The position numbers and the translations under genes were made by a program. 64,000 nucleotides of DNA, taken from positions 37,312-101,311 of the forward strand of contig DATIPD010000006.1 of NCBI GenBank assembly GCA_035472495.1. Direction: 5' to 3'. Of the stretch, positions 1 through 10,660 are shown in pieces (the stretch's first letter is position 1; every line of letters starts with the position of its first letter). Under the pieces are notes generated by a model, which did not search any database, was not told the origin of the DNA, and was given only the letters and a program-made list of their open reading frames with translations. Source of the DNA: Pyrinomonadaceae bacterium. Its GTDB lineage: Bacteria; Acidobacteriota; Blastocatellia; Pyrinomonadales; Pyrinomonadaceae.

Positions 1-50
1 ACCTCTCCCCGGGCGACACGATGCTTGATTCCCAAGTCCATCGAACCTCC

Positions 51-602
51 TTACTGAGTTTGGCTCGCTGCCTCAAGGCAAGCAGCAACTAGTTCTCCCG
101 GATCGGCGTTCTGCAAAACCCTTGCGCCTGTTTTTTTCGAAAACTTTCCGAGCAGGTAATCAACTTCATCCGCAACGCCTCCAGTTCCAGTGAGACATCC
201 GATGACCTTGCCCTCATCGTGCGCAATTGTGAATTCGTTGAGCGAACCCATCGCTCCGGCGATGAATAAGACGATTTCGCAGGAGCGGACGAGAACTACG
301 TTACGTCCTTTCAACCCGAAGCCGGTGTAAACAATTAGATCGCAGGCGTCGAGTGGCAGTTTGAATTGTTCGACGTGTTCGCGCTGATTGCTGGCCGGAG
401 AAATACCGACGTGCAATGCTCCGGCGTCATGTGCCGCTTTACCGACGACGTAAATGATTCCTGTCGTCGCCCCGGTTAAGAGCAGCAGCTTGCGTTCAGC
501 GATCGCCAAAGCCAACGCGTTTGCCTTGTCGGCGAGAGTCTCTTTGTTGATTGGTCCGGGTGAGTCGCCCGCCGAGCCCATGACTCCGACAGCGATGTTC
601 AT
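51..602 (-). CDS. TIGR00725/LOG-like (SLOG superfamily) Rossmann-fold protein
   Basis: 183-aa ORF. Glycine-rich N-terminus (GVMGSAGD), GATTGIIY and C-terminal GTGGVADE motifs typical of the lysine-decarboxylase-like/LOG fold. 4-nt overlap with the upstream membrane ORF. Confidence 0.6.
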   Translation of the reverse strand: MNIAVGVMGSAGDSPGPINKETLADKANALALAIAERKLLLLTGATTGIIYVVGKAAHDAGALHVGISPASNQREHVEQFKLPLDACDLIVYTGFGLKGRNVVLVRSCEIVLFIAGAMGSLNEFTIAHDEGKVIGCLTGTGGVADEVDYLLGKFSKKTGARVLQNADPGELVAACLEAASQTQ

Positions 603-1039
603 CTGCGCGTTCTAAACCACTGATTAGAATTCCTGGTGAAGAGTTGGTAAGTACCGAGTATTTGCAACACAGAGATGACAATGCCCAGCGTCCCCAAAAA
701 CTTATTGGTCTTGAGATCCTGTAGGTACGCCGGGAGGGCAGAAGGAAACAGAATCAGCGTTACCGGGATGGAAAGAATAAGTATCGCGACAATCACCAGG
801 ATCGTAATCCTGGCCCAGTTGCGGCCTGCCAGGACTTGCGTGACCCCGAAAAACAAAACCGCAAAGAATGCAATGACCACGATGCTGGCAACGATTAGCG
901 TGGTGCCTGAAGTTCTTTGCGTCAGGTTAACAATTCCCCTGACCACCCCCAGCCCCAACGAAGCGCTGAGGAATAGAGCTCCTCTGGTGACTTCTTTCGG
1001 GCGAGGGGCATTTGTTTGGGGATCAATTGTGGCTTCCAT
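599..1039 (-). CDS. small integral membrane protein, function unknown
   Basis: 146-aa ORF with about 4 hydrophobic helices. Its stop overlaps the start of the downstream LOG-like ORF. Confidence 0.45.
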   Translation of the reverse strand: MEATIDPQTNAPRPKEVTRGALFLSASLGLGVVRGIVNLTQRTSGTTLIVASIVVIAFFAVLFFGVTQVLAGRNWARITILVIVAILILSIPVTLILFPSALPAYLQDLKTNKFLGTLGIVISVLQILGTYQLFTRNSNQWFRTRR

Positions 1040-1061
1040 TTCGTAACTCCTTCAGCAAAGT

Positions 1062-2417
1062 TCAATCGCTCGGCGCAATGACACTGACGGCTTCGGTGAT
1101 TTGCTCGTTTTGTTCTTTGTCCCACCACTTCTGCGTAAAGAACCAGGTCAAACCCGGTAACAGGAAAAACGATCCGATCGCTATCGCGACAGTACGCGGC
1201 GAGAATTTAAAACGATCCAGTAGTTCGCCGGTGACATAATTTGAAATGGCCATCGTCAGTGTAAGCAATGCCAGCTCGGCAGCAAAGACGCGCCCGCGAA
1301 AGTTGTCTTCTACGCCGCGCTGCAACAATACCGTCGAGAAGACCCAAAGAATGCTGCCGCCTGTATGGGCTAACCCCAGGACTACGAGGGCGAGAACGAA
1401 GCTGGTGGCTGCGCCAAACGCGATGTAAAAGGCGCCGCCGATCAGGAAAGCAATTCCGATCGAGGCTTGCATGCGCTGCTTACCTTCGCCTGCGATTCGT
1501 CTGGCCACGATTGGACCAACGGCCGTCCCGATACCACGTGCCGCGAAGAGCACGCCTATTCCTGTTGCCGGGCTCTTGCCTACCGGAAAAATGTTTCCGC
1601 CGAAAACAGCCAGCAACGTCAAGATTCCGCCACCTAATCCCCACGCGGGCTTAACCAGTAGTAGCGCCAAGACGCGCGTTCGTCGCTTCACATAGCGCAC
1701 GCCGTCGATTGTTTCCCGAATTCCCAGGGCCCGGTTAATCGTAAGTTTTACTTTCTCGTTTCGCGGGCGTTTGGGCATATGCACGCTACTTATCAAAGCA
1801 GCCGAGACGAGGTAGGTAAGCGCGTCGAGAATGAATGCGACATCGGTCCCAAACCAACCTGTGATTACCCCACCGATTGCGGCGCCGAGCGTGAGCATGG
1901 CAGACCAGGTTACTGAGGAAAGCGCGTTTGCGGGAACCAGCTCGCGATCCGAAACAATCGAAGGGATCACCGCGGTTTTGGCCGGCTCGAAAAAAGTGGA
2001 AAAGGCCAGTTGGAAAACTGTCAAAACATAGATTAGCCACAACTGATTCGCACTCCGCACAAACAAGAAGCCAAGCACTACTGCGGCGCGTAACAGGTCG
2101 GAAACGATCATGATTGATCGTCGACTGAAGCGATCGGCGATCACGCCGGAAAGCGGACCAAAGACAAAGCTCGGCACAAAACGCGTTACCAGCAAGAGTC
2201 CGATGGCGCGCTTCGAATCAGTCAGATTCTGAATGATTGTGTAAAGGGCAATCGTGTTGAACCAGTCACCCATCTGGCTGACAACTTGTCCCAACCAGAT
2301 CTGGCGGAAGCTGCGATTATTTTTTAGCAGCTCAATGTATCCAGCCGAGCGCGTTGGTTCTAAAGGTTTGGCGACTGTTTCTGCCACTAGTTCACCGAAG
2401 TGGGTTGCGATCTGCAA
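1062..2417 (-). CDS. MFS transporter
   Basis: 451-aa ORF with about 12 predicted TM helices. MFS-type loop motifs (GVIADRFSRR) and EntS/MFS_3-like organisation. Confidence 0.8.
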   Translation of the reverse strand: MQIATHFGELVAETVAKPLEPTRSAGYIELLKNNRSFRQIWLGQVVSQMGDWFNTIALYTIIQNLTDSKRAIGLLLVTRFVPSFVFGPLSGVIADRFSRRSIMIVSDLLRAAVVLGFLFVRSANQLWLIYVLTVFQLAFSTFFEPAKTAVIPSIVSDRELVPANALSSVTWSAMLTLGAAIGGVITGWFGTDVAFILDALTYLVSAALISSVHMPKRPRNEKVKLTINRALGIRETIDGVRYVKRRTRVLALLLVKPAWGLGGGILTLLAVFGGNIFPVGKSPATGIGVLFAARGIGTAVGPIVARRIAGEGKQRMQASIGIAFLIGGAFYIAFGAATSFVLALVVLGLAHTGGSILWVFSTVLLQRGVEDNFRGRVFAAELALLTLTMAISNYVTGELLDRFKFSPRTVAIAIGSFFLLPGLTWFFTQKWWDKEQNEQITEAVSVIAPSD

Positions 2418-3005
2418 CCGCTACAAAACTTCTCTGATTGTCGGGTCGTGATAAAGATGAGGGTGCCCGCTGGCGCAAACGTTTGTCAACCAGCGTGAAC
2501 TTGTCCAAAACATGTCGATCTAAAATGCAGATTGACTGAAGTTTCAATCTGACCTGTCAGAATGATTTTGTTTTCATTGAAGTAGCGCACACCTTTGCGA
2601 CCATTGCATTCATTCTCGCGACAATGTGCGTCATTTCACTTCCAGGAAACGCGCGGCACGGCAATTGAAAAAGAGAATCGCGCGGTTTGGAAGCTCACGC
2701 TTCACGGGCTCTCCGCACGGAGCTCGGCGCCGCCAAAAATTTTCCGAGATCGAATGACAGAACGTGAATGACATTCGATTTTGAAAGGACTCTCACCCAG
2801 CCAGGCAGGCCACAGGGCTTGCCCGCTTGCCCCGAACTAAGCCGGAAGTAAAGCTGATTGCCCCAGCTTTGCTTCCGGCTCAGACTTTTCTGGAGTCTAA
2901 AATCGGTGGCGCGCGAGAAAAATTGGAAGTGAGGCCCGACTAGTTTTTTAGACCCAGCAGTAAGTTGAGCAGTGTGCGCGAGGGCCCACTCAACCGAACG
3001 AAAAT

Positions 3006-4958
3006 ATGGAACGGGACATCCACTTCAAACCGCAGCGGCTTTTTGTACTGGCTGGCTTAGGACTCATCGCCGCGCTGCTGACTTATCAGGCGTTTGCTTT
3101 GGCTCTGTTCAGCTTGCTGACATTGGCAATTGCGCAGGGGCTGTATATTTCCTGGCTGCGTATTAACGCCAAGAACGGTGAGATCGAAGAGATAAGCCGG
3201 ATTCATTTCGCCACTGCCGAGGCGTTGGCGACCGCGATCGATGCCAAAGATCAAACAACGCATTGTCATGTGCGACGCGTGCAAATCTATGCTGCTGGTT
3301 TGGGAGAGGTCATTGGACTCCCCAGCTCTGAGATAGCGGCCTTGAGAGCTGGCGCACTGCTTCATGACATTGGCAAGTTGGCGGTGCCTGCGCACATCAT
3401 CAACAAACCCGGCAGGCTGACTCAGGCTGAGTTCGAAAAAATCAAGATACATACTACGGTTGGCGCGCAAATTCTCAGTCGCGTCGAATTTCCTTATCCC
3501 GTCACTCCGATTGTCCGCCATCATCATGAGCAGTGGGACGGCATGGGTTACCCTGACGGCTTAAAGGGCGAACAGATTCCGATTACTGCCCGTATCATTT
3601 CAGTGGTCGACTGTTTTGACTCCGTCAGAGAAGATCGCCCTTTTCGCCGCGGCATGACACGAGATGAGGCGATCGCTCTTCTGTGGCGCGGCTCTGGAAA
3701 TCATTTCGACCCGAACATAGTCGATTTATTCATTGAACACTTACCAAAGTTCGAGGAACAAATTAGGGCCGCGAGTCTGCAGCAACAGTCGCCGGCAAAC
3801 GAAGACCACGAACCTCTGTCGCTTGCCGAGATGGATCTGGCTCAGACTCGAGAACGCGGCTCTTTCATGGCCTACGATCAAATCAAGAGCGCGCATCAAG
3901 AGGTCCATGCTCTTTACGAAATCGCGCGCACCTTCGGCTCGTCCCTCGACGTGCGCAATACCGTCGAGATTCTGGTTGATAAAGTTGGACACGTCGTTCC
4001 GTTTCAAACGTGCGTAGTTTATCTGTTTGACGATCGGAAAGGTTACGCGAGCCCCGCTCACGTTGCCGGACTGAACGCCCAAACATTGGCGACCAGGCAT
4101 GTAGCTCTGGGTGAGGGCGTGACCGGATTTGCGCTGGCAAATCGCTGCGCAGTTAATCAACTTCACCCCAGCCTCGATTTCCCCGGCCTGGATTGCGCCA
4201 CGGAATATCGCTCGATGGCGTCACTGCCTTTGTTCAAGGACGAAATCCTGCTCGGTGCTCTGTCGGTCTATTCAACAGAACTCAGTCAGTATTCAGACGA
4301 CCACATGCGTTTGCTCGAAACGGTCACCCGTCTGGCCTCAGATGCATTGTCCAATGCGGTCCAGCATGCGCAGGCTGAATCAAACGCCCTGACTGATCCG
4401 CTAACAGGATTACCAAATGCGCGTTACCTCGCGTTGCGCTTCGACGAAGAAGCTGCCCGAGCGCGCCGCAATTCGCGACCGTTCCAGGTAGTGATGCTTG
4501 ATCTGGACGACTTCAAGATAGTTAACGACACTTTCGGACACAAAGTGGGCGATAAGATGTTGCGCGAGATGGGCCGGATTATTCAGACACAGCTCCGTGA
4601 GTACGATTTTCTCGCGCGTTACGCGGGTGATGAATTCGTGGCTATCGTGCAGGAGCTGGTTGGCAATCAGGTGGAGGATCTGCGTCAGCGCATTGAGACT
4701 GCCGTATCGCAGTTTTCATTGCGCGTGCGCAAGGGTGATCGGGCTCGCGTCGGCATTAGCGTGGGCACGGCTACTTTCGATAGCGATGGCGATACTCTCG
4801 ATCAACTCTTGGTGGCTGCAGATCAGGCGATGTACCGCGCGAAGTCGGAGCACAAGATCGCGAAACTATCCCCCGGAGCCGGCAAGGCTGCTTCCTCGTT
4901 CGATGGCGACAAGCTGGTAGAAGTCGACCACGACAATCTCCTCGTCTCCGTCAATTAA
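3006..4958 (+). CDS. membrane-anchored HD-GYP / GAF / GGDEF composite c-di-GMP signalling protein
   Basis: 650 aa with two N-terminal TM helices. HD-GYP motifs (HDIGKLAVP, HHHEQWDGMGYPDGL), a GAF-like middle region, and a C-terminal GGDEF domain with an AGDEF variant and an RxxD I-site (REYD) 5 residues upstream. Confidence 0.85.
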   Translation: MERDIHFKPQRLFVLAGLGLIAALLTYQAFALALFSLLTLAIAQGLYISWLRINAKNGEIEEISRIHFATAEALATAIDAKDQTTHCHVRRVQIYAAGLGEVIGLPSSEIAALRAGALLHDIGKLAVPAHIINKPGRLTQAEFEKIKIHTTVGAQILSRVEFPYPVTPIVRHHHEQWDGMGYPDGLKGEQIPITARIISVVDCFDSVREDRPFRRGMTRDEAIALLWRGSGNHFDPNIVDLFIEHLPKFEEQIRAASLQQQSPANEDHEPLSLAEMDLAQTRERGSFMAYDQIKSAHQEVHALYEIARTFGSSLDVRNTVEILVDKVGHVVPFQTCVVYLFDDRKGYASPAHVAGLNAQTLATRHVALGEGVTGFALANRCAVNQLHPSLDFPGLDCATEYRSMASLPLFKDEILLGALSVYSTELSQYSDDHMRLLETVTRLASDALSNAVQHAQAESNALTDPLTGLPNARYLALRFDEEAARARRNSRPFQVVMLDLDDFKIVNDTFGHKVGDKMLREMGRIIQTQLREYDFLARYAGDEFVAIVQELVGNQVEDLRQRIETAVSQFSLRVRKGDRARVGISVGTATFDSDGDTLDQLLVAADQAMYRAKSEHKIAKLSPGAGKAASSFDGDKLVEVDHDNLLVSVN

Positions 4959-4984
4959 GTCTCTAAAGTATCGAATGTATGAAG

Positions 4985-5014
4985 GGTGCACCTCGGGGTG
5001 CGCCTTTTTGTTTT
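4985..5014 (+). terminator. Rho-independent terminator after the HD-GYP/GGDEF gene
   Basis: 8-bp GC-rich stem GGTGCACC/GGTGCGCC (one G:U), loop TCGG, followed by TTTTTGTTTT. Confidence 0.75.
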
Positions 5015-5157
5015 CGCGCGGCGCCGATTCACTATCTTGACATTCCTTTTCGCATCGCTTTCAATCGAGGATAGTGTTCTGCCTCCGCTGGTCGAAGCAG
5101 AGCAACGTTCTGCGGCTGAAAGCCTCCCGACGAAGCCAGCGTGTTTCAGGATTGAGC

Positions 5158-7212
5158 ATGCCATCTCCTACTAACCCCCAAACAAGTCCTGCAGTTCTCG
5201 TAATTCAGGAGGACACCGTCGAGAGAGAGCAACTTCTCAAGGCTTTCGCAAACGCCGGTTATCGTGCCTTCAGCGTCGCTGACTCTACCAGCGCCTTCCG
5301 TTTGCTGCAGAAGGAACCATGCGATCTAGTGGTGATCGATCTGGCGCTGCCCGGAGTCGATGGACTCGCACTTTGCAAACTCCTTCGCGCCCAGGAAGCG
5401 ACTAACAAACTTCCCGTAATCATCCTGTCGGAAAAAGACGTTGATCAGCAGAGGCTGGCTGCTTTTGAAGCTGGCGCGGATGACTGCATGCCGCGGGCTT
5501 CTTCGGCTGCTGAAGTTCTATCGCGATCCACATCACATTTGAGAGCGGCGCAAAGAGCGTGGGAGTTGATCGGCAGCAATCGCGAGTTGCGATTCCTGGC
5601 TGACCTCGGGCGTGGACTTTTGCGCACCCTGGAACCCGATCAGTTAGTGCGGCGGGTTGCCGGCGCCACCTACGAAGGAACGAGTGCCGCGATGTGCGCG
5701 GCCGTCGTCAACCCGGGTTTGAAGGGTGAGGCTGTGTGCGTCTTCGATCGCGAAGGAAGTGCCGAAGGCGCCGCGCTTCTGCGGCTCGATCGTTTAGAGA
5801 GTTGGTTGACGGCATCGTCATCATCGAGCGTTTCACCTTTGCTAATCAGCGACGCGTCGAAGTTCATGTTATGCGATGAGCACCATTCAGTGGAATACAC
5901 CTCGCCGCTTAACTTCGGCGGTCGGTCTCAGGGTGCGTTGGTCGTGGCGTTTGATAAACGAGAAGACTGTGACGATACAGTGCGACGTCTGGTGGATGCC
6001 GCGGCTCAACAGGCGGCTTTGGCCGTGCACATTTCCAATCTTTACCAGGCGGCGCGAGACGCTTCCGCAAATTTGACGATCGAAGTTGAGCGACGCACGG
6101 CGGAAGTGCGTGCTCAGGAGCGGTTCATTGAAGCAATTGTGGATAGTCTCCCGTTATCGCTTTACGCCATCGATCGGAAGTTCGAAATTGTTGCCTGGAA
6201 CCGCAACCGTGAACAGGGCGAACTGGGTATCCCGCGTGGATCGGTACTGGGAAAGAACATTTTTCGCGTCTTGACGCGGCAAAAACGCGAACTCCTGGAA
6301 GGCGAATTCAAACGGGTTTTCGAAAGCGGCGAGATCCAGCGTTTGGAACATGCCACAGCGTCGCCTAACGGAGAAGTGAAGCATTGGCTGATCAGTAAGA
6401 TCCCAATGTGGATTGACAAAAGCGGTGAGGTCTCGCACGTGATTGCGATCGGCGAAGACATCACCGCTCGCGTTGAAGCAAATCGAGCGGTGGCACGCGC
6501 AGAGAAGCTGGCGGCAATTGGCCGGTTGGCCGCCGGCGTAGTTCACGAAATCAACAATCCGCTGGCGACTATTTCAGCGTGCGCGGAGGCTCTGGAATCA
6601 CGAGTTAGTGGTGGTGAGTTTCAGCAATCGCCGGCCCTCGATGATCTACGCGAGTATCTTGGGTTGATCCGCAACGAAGCCTTTCGCTGTAAGACGATCA
6701 CCAACGGCCTGCTCGACTTCAGTCGCACGCGTGCTACTGAGCACAGCGCGGTGAATCTCGGGGACGTCATTGCTTCGGCTGCGCGTTTGTTGTCGCACCA
6801 GCAGCGTGCTGACGATGTCAAAATAGAAATTGAAACTGCCGCTAACATCCCCGCAGTGTCGGGCGATGCGGGGCAATTGCAACAGGCGGTGATCGCGCTG
6901 GCGACTAATGGGATCGACGCTATGCCCGATGGCGGCGTTTTGAAAATTGCCAGTCGCGTCGATGATCTCACCGTGTTGATTGAAGTGAGCGATACCGGCG
7001 TTGGCATCCCGCAGGCGAACATCACCAGAATCTTCGAGCCGTTCTTCACCACCAAAGAAATTGGGAAAGGCACGGGTCTTGGACTAGCAGTTTGTTATGG
7101 TATCTTAACGGAGCACGGCGGTAGCCTTGATGTGCAATCGACACCGGGAGCCGGCACAGTTTTTACTATCTCGCTTCCGGCAATTAGCAACGACGGAGAA
7201 CCGCAAATTTGA
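5158..7212 (+). CDS. hybrid sensor histidine kinase (REC-GAF/PAS-HisKA-HATPase)
   Basis: N-terminal receiver (DLVVIDLALPG), PAS-like region, H-box VHEINNPLA, and N/G boxes (DTGVGIP, GTGLGLAV). The ATG at 5158 is preferred over the track start at 5074. Confidence 0.85.
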   Translation: MPSPTNPQTSPAVLVIQEDTVEREQLLKAFANAGYRAFSVADSTSAFRLLQKEPCDLVVIDLALPGVDGLALCKLLRAQEATNKLPVIILSEKDVDQQRLAAFEAGADDCMPRASSAAEVLSRSTSHLRAAQRAWELIGSNRELRFLADLGRGLLRTLEPDQLVRRVAGATYEGTSAAMCAAVVNPGLKGEAVCVFDREGSAEGAALLRLDRLESWLTASSSSSVSPLLISDASKFMLCDEHHSVEYTSPLNFGGRSQGALVVAFDKREDCDDTVRRLVDAAAQQAALAVHISNLYQAARDASANLTIEVERRTAEVRAQERFIEAIVDSLPLSLYAIDRKFEIVAWNRNREQGELGIPRGSVLGKNIFRVLTRQKRELLEGEFKRVFESGEIQRLEHATASPNGEVKHWLISKIPMWIDKSGEVSHVIAIGEDITARVEANRAVARAEKLAAIGRLAAGVVHEINNPLATISACAEALESRVSGGEFQQSPALDDLREYLGLIRNEAFRCKTITNGLLDFSRTRATEHSAVNLGDVIASAARLLSHQQRADDVKIEIETAANIPAVSGDAGQLQQAVIALATNGIDAMPDGGVLKIASRVDDLTVLIEVSDTGVGIPQANITRIFEPFFTTKEIGKGTGLGLAVCYGILTEHGGSLDVQSTPGAGTVFTISLPAISNDGEPQI

Positions 7213-8636
7213 GCGAGCAAAAAGCAGCGCGAATTCTGATAGCCGAAGACGAAGCGAATCTTCGTCTCGTGTTGGAGAAAGAATTGGAGCGGCTTGGCTA
7301 TCGCGTGCAGGCAGCGCCGGACGGTGAGGCCGCACTCCGGAAATTGGAAGAGAGTAATGTGGATGTCTTGCTGTGCGACATCAACATGCCGCGCATCGAT
7401 GGCATGGAAGTTTTGCGGCGCGTCCACGAGCGTCCCAACCCTCCTGAAGTGATCATGCTTACCGGGCAGGCAACTGTGGAAACCGCAGTTGAGGCGATGA
7501 AGCTCGGCGCCTACGACTACTTAACCAAACCCTACAGCATTACTGAACTTGACGTGCGCGTGAAACAGGCGGCGGAGAAGCGCCGTCTGCGCGTAGATAA
7601 CCTGCGCCTCCGTGAACAACTTGCACGACAGTCGGGCTTGCCGGAAATTGTTTCGGTATCAGCGGCGATGCGAGAAGTGGTGCGGCTCATTGAACGTGTG
7701 GCGCCGTCGGAAGCGTCGGTATTGATAACCGGAGAATCGGGGACTGGCAAAGAACTGGTCGCCCACGCGATTCATCGCTTGTCGTCGCGTGCGGATGGTT
7801 CGTTCATCGATATTAACTGCGCTGCTTTTCAGGAGTCGCTACTGGAGTCGGAACTTTTTGGCTACGAGGCGGGAGCATTTTCGGGAGCCAAAGGTCGCAA
7901 ACTTGGACTGATTGAACTTGCAGACGGCGGTACGTTGTTCCTCGACGAAGTCACCGAACTGCCGGCGCAATTGCAGGCGAAGTTATTGCGTGCAATTGAA
8001 ACCAGAACGTTCTTCAGAGTTGGTGGCGTACGCAAGGTCGAAGTGAACGTGCGAATCGTCGCCGCTACGAATCGCAACCTCGAGTCAGTAGTTTCGAATG
8101 AATCCTTCCGCTCAGATTTGCTCTACCGCATTAACGGTTTTCAGATCGATCTGGCGCCACTGCGCGAACGACCTGAAGACATTGAGCCGTTGGCGCGTCA
8201 TCTTTTAGGCAGAGTTGGTGGCACGACGCCAACTGAATTAGATGAAACGGCATTGGCCGCGTTGCAAACTTACGCTTGGCCAGGAAACGTAAGACAACTA
8301 AAGAATTGTCTTGAGCGTGCGGTAATCCTTTCGAACAACGGGCGTATCACCGTTAGCGAATTGCCACCAGAAGTGGTGCGCCCAGTGATGCCGGCAGCCG
8401 CATTTTCTCCGGCGGCAAATCAGACGGGCGCCGAGGCGGGGGCAACTTCATCCGCGTTTGTTCCAGGCAGTGCGTCTTCACCGACGTCATTGCGCGATGT
8501 CGAACGACAACAGATTCTCTCGGCACTCGAACAAACCGGTTGGCATCGCGGCAAGACTGCCGAAATTCTCGGCATCTCACCTTCAACACTCTACCGCCGT
8601 CTCCGTGATTACGACCTCGAACGCAGGAACGGATAA
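7209..8636 (+). CDS. sigma-54-dependent response regulator (NtrC family)
   Basis: REC domain, AAA+ Walker A GESGTGKE, GAFSGA (GAFTGA-like) sigma54 contact loop, and a C-terminal Fis-type HTH. 4-nt overlap with the kinase gene. Confidence 0.9.
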   Translation: MSEQKAARILIAEDEANLRLVLEKELERLGYRVQAAPDGEAALRKLEESNVDVLLCDINMPRIDGMEVLRRVHERPNPPEVIMLTGQATVETAVEAMKLGAYDYLTKPYSITELDVRVKQAAEKRRLRVDNLRLREQLARQSGLPEIVSVSAAMREVVRLIERVAPSEASVLITGESGTGKELVAHAIHRLSSRADGSFIDINCAAFQESLLESELFGYEAGAFSGAKGRKLGLIELADGGTLFLDEVTELPAQLQAKLLRAIETRTFFRVGGVRKVEVNVRIVAATNRNLESVVSNESFRSDLLYRINGFQIDLAPLRERPEDIEPLARHLLGRVGGTTPTELDETALAALQTYAWPGNVRQLKNCLERAVILSNNGRITVSELPPEVVRPVMPAAAFSPAANQTGAEAGATSSAFVPGSASSPTSLRDVERQQILSALEQTGWHRGKTAEILGISPSTLYRRLRDYDLERRNG

Positions 8637-8703
8637 GAAAAAAGCCGCGGAGCGACGCGGATAAGCGCAGATCTGAACCTTAACTAATTAAAAGCAGTCA
8701 ATA

Positions 8704-8732
8704 AAAAGGCGGCCCCTCCGAGGCTGCCTTTT
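8704..8732. terminator. bidirectional intrinsic terminator between convergent genes
   Basis: 10-bp stem AAAGGCGGCC/GGCTGCCTTT with loop CCTCCGA. An A-run lies upstream and a T-run downstream, between the NtrC-like (+) and peptidase (-) gene ends. Confidence 0.6.
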
Positions 8733-8777
8733 CAGATTCGAGTATCCGCGAAATCCCCGGCTATTAATTACCTTTCC

Positions 8778-10496
8778 TCAATTTCCGGATAGCTGCTTCA
8801 CTGCGTTTCGTTGGTAAGGCGATGTTGGTAACCATGCCGGCATCGCTTCCGTGTTGGCAACGCGCAGACCAATCACCATCCCCACCTTCGCCAGTGTTTG
8901 TGGCCCAGTCCAGTTCCAGTCAGGTTTGATCGTGTCGCTGGGCGAGTGGTAATCCGTTTGCAACCACTTTTGTGCGCGCGGAATCCAGACCGAAACATCT
9001 CCTTCCGGTCCGCCAAGCAGCATCAACGCCGGCACGCCCTTCCGCACAAACGAATAATGATCGGAACGCGTGAAGGCTTTTTCCTCCGGCATCGGATCGG
9101 GCGTGACGATAGTTCCGGTAGCGGCGGCGACATCGTCAAATACTGCTCCCAAATCTGAAAACTCGGCGCCAAAACCCACGACGCGTTTTACCGGACCATA
9201 GATTTCCGTACCGATGCCATCGAAGTTGATATCGGCAGCGATTTTGTCCAGCGGCCAGGTTGGATGGGCCACGAAACTCTCAGCGCCGAGTAGTCCATAC
9301 TCTTCACCGGTAACGGCCAAGAAAATAATCGAACGTTTCGGACGTAACGCGGGTTTAGGGAAAGTTTTCTGCAAGGCCTCGGCGATTGCGGTGATCGTAC
9401 CGACGCCGAGCGCGTTATCTGCAGCGCCGGGAAAGATGCGCCCATCGCTTTCAATTCCGTAAGCGTCATAGTGAGCGGAAAAAACGACAGCTTCTTCTTT
9501 CAACTTCGGATCGGAACCCTCAAACACCCCGGCCACGTTGCTGCTGGTTGTTTCTTCGCGCTTGATTCGCAGCGCGACGTTTGCAGTCTTTCCTAAATCA
9601 CGCGAAACAACCGCGCCGGACTTCGCCTTCGTGAAAGTGTCCGCGTAAGTTTGCCCGGTGCCGGTAAAGATTTTTTCCATAGCCGCATCGCTAACAAGCA
9701 GAACGGGCGGCAATGTAAACGGCATCCCCGATGGAGCAGCCGCAAGGCTAACGCGGCGTCGGGAAAGATAATTAGCGATCATGGAATATGGTTGCGCAGC
9801 CGAACCCGCGTTCCCCACAATCATCGCCGCTGCGCCTTTACCGAAAATGTTCATGCCGCGCACCTGTGGACTGGTAGCCCGTTTCCAGGCAGTTGCATCA
9901 ACGCCGTCGGGTTGACCATTAATGAGCACCACCACCTTGCCCTTCAAATCGAGTCCGGCGAGGTCGTCGCGTTTAAGATCGGGTGACACGACGCCATACC
10001 CGACAAAGACAATGCCGCCGTTCGCGTTAGCTTGATCGTAATTGAATGGCGGTAAGATGACGTAGTCAGAGCCGTGCTTAAGCGAGGTGTCGCCAACAGT
10101 CACTGAAGTTTCCGCCGAAACCTGCGAGGCCTTGAACTTGATCGCTTGCAGGAAGGTGCCGTTTTCACCAGCCGGCTTCAGGCCAATCTTGGCAAATTGT
10201 TCGGCAATATACTGGGCTGCTCTATCCGCGCCTGGCTGTCCCGTGCCCCTGCCTTCAAACTGCGGAGAACTCAACGAAGCGGTCGTGTCGCGGATGGTTT
10301 CAAGTTTGATGCGACCGGCTGCTTTGGTTTCAGTGGGAGTTAGGGTCGCAGAACTTTTAGCTGGGACGGGCGCGGTCTTCGTGCCCTGTTGGGCGAACGC
10401 AGACGACGACAACAATGCTGTTGAAAGAAAAAGTGCGATTAGCGCAGATGAAACGCCGCGTGGCCGATCAGAATTACGGGAAAATGGATGCATCAA
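8778..10496 (-). CDS. secreted M28-family aminopeptidase with PA domain
   Basis: Signal peptide plus M28 metal-ligand motifs (HYDAYG, GAADNALG, GEEYGLLG, DYHSPSD). Confidence 0.8.
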   Translation of the reverse strand: MMHPFSRNSDRPRGVSSALIALFLSTALLSSSAFAQQGTKTAPVPAKSSATLTPTETKAAGRIKLETIRDTTASLSSPQFEGRGTGQPGADRAAQYIAEQFAKIGLKPAGENGTFLQAIKFKASQVSAETSVTVGDTSLKHGSDYVILPPFNYDQANANGGIVFVGYGVVSPDLKRDDLAGLDLKGKVVVLINGQPDGVDATAWKRATSPQVRGMNIFGKGAAAMIVGNAGSAAQPYSMIANYLSRRRVSLAAAPSGMPFTLPPVLLVSDAAMEKIFTGTGQTYADTFTKAKSGAVVSRDLGKTANVALRIKREETTSSNVAGVFEGSDPKLKEEAVVFSAHYDAYGIESDGRIFPGAADNALGVGTITAIAEALQKTFPKPALRPKRSIIFLAVTGEEYGLLGAESFVAHPTWPLDKIAADINFDGIGTEIYGPVKRVVGFGAEFSDLGAVFDDVAAATGTIVTPDPMPEEKAFTRSDHYSFVRKGVPALMLLGGPEGDVSVWIPRAQKWLQTDYHSPSDTIKPDWNWTGPQTLAKVGMVIGLRVANTEAMPAWLPTSPYQRNAVKQLSGN

Positions 10497-10660
10497 GTTG
10501 GCTCCTAAGTTGATTCGTCTAAACGTGGGAAGAGTATACGCTGCGAAGCGGAAGATGGTTTAACCGTGCAACAGAAGACTCAAGCAGTTTAGAGTTTAAT
10601 CTTTAGCTTGTCCGTACCTAACGACACAACCTGAAGGTTGAACCCCGAACTCTTTGACGA

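Noticed and set aside
2418-3005. Sigma-54 (-24 GG / -12 GC) promoter near the NtrC-type regulator and in the large intergenic regions.
   Set aside because: The only GG-N-GC candidates seen by eye (e.g. TTGGAAGCTCACGCTT near 2690) have the wrong spacing relative to TGGCAC-N5-TTGC. The target of the activator is probably outside the window.
5074-5157. N-terminal extension of the histidine kinase as given by the ORF track (start at 5074).
   Set aside because: The extension (MFCLRWSKQSNVLRLKASRR...) begins right after the upstream terminator and has no domain. The ATG at 5158 directly precedes the receiver domain.
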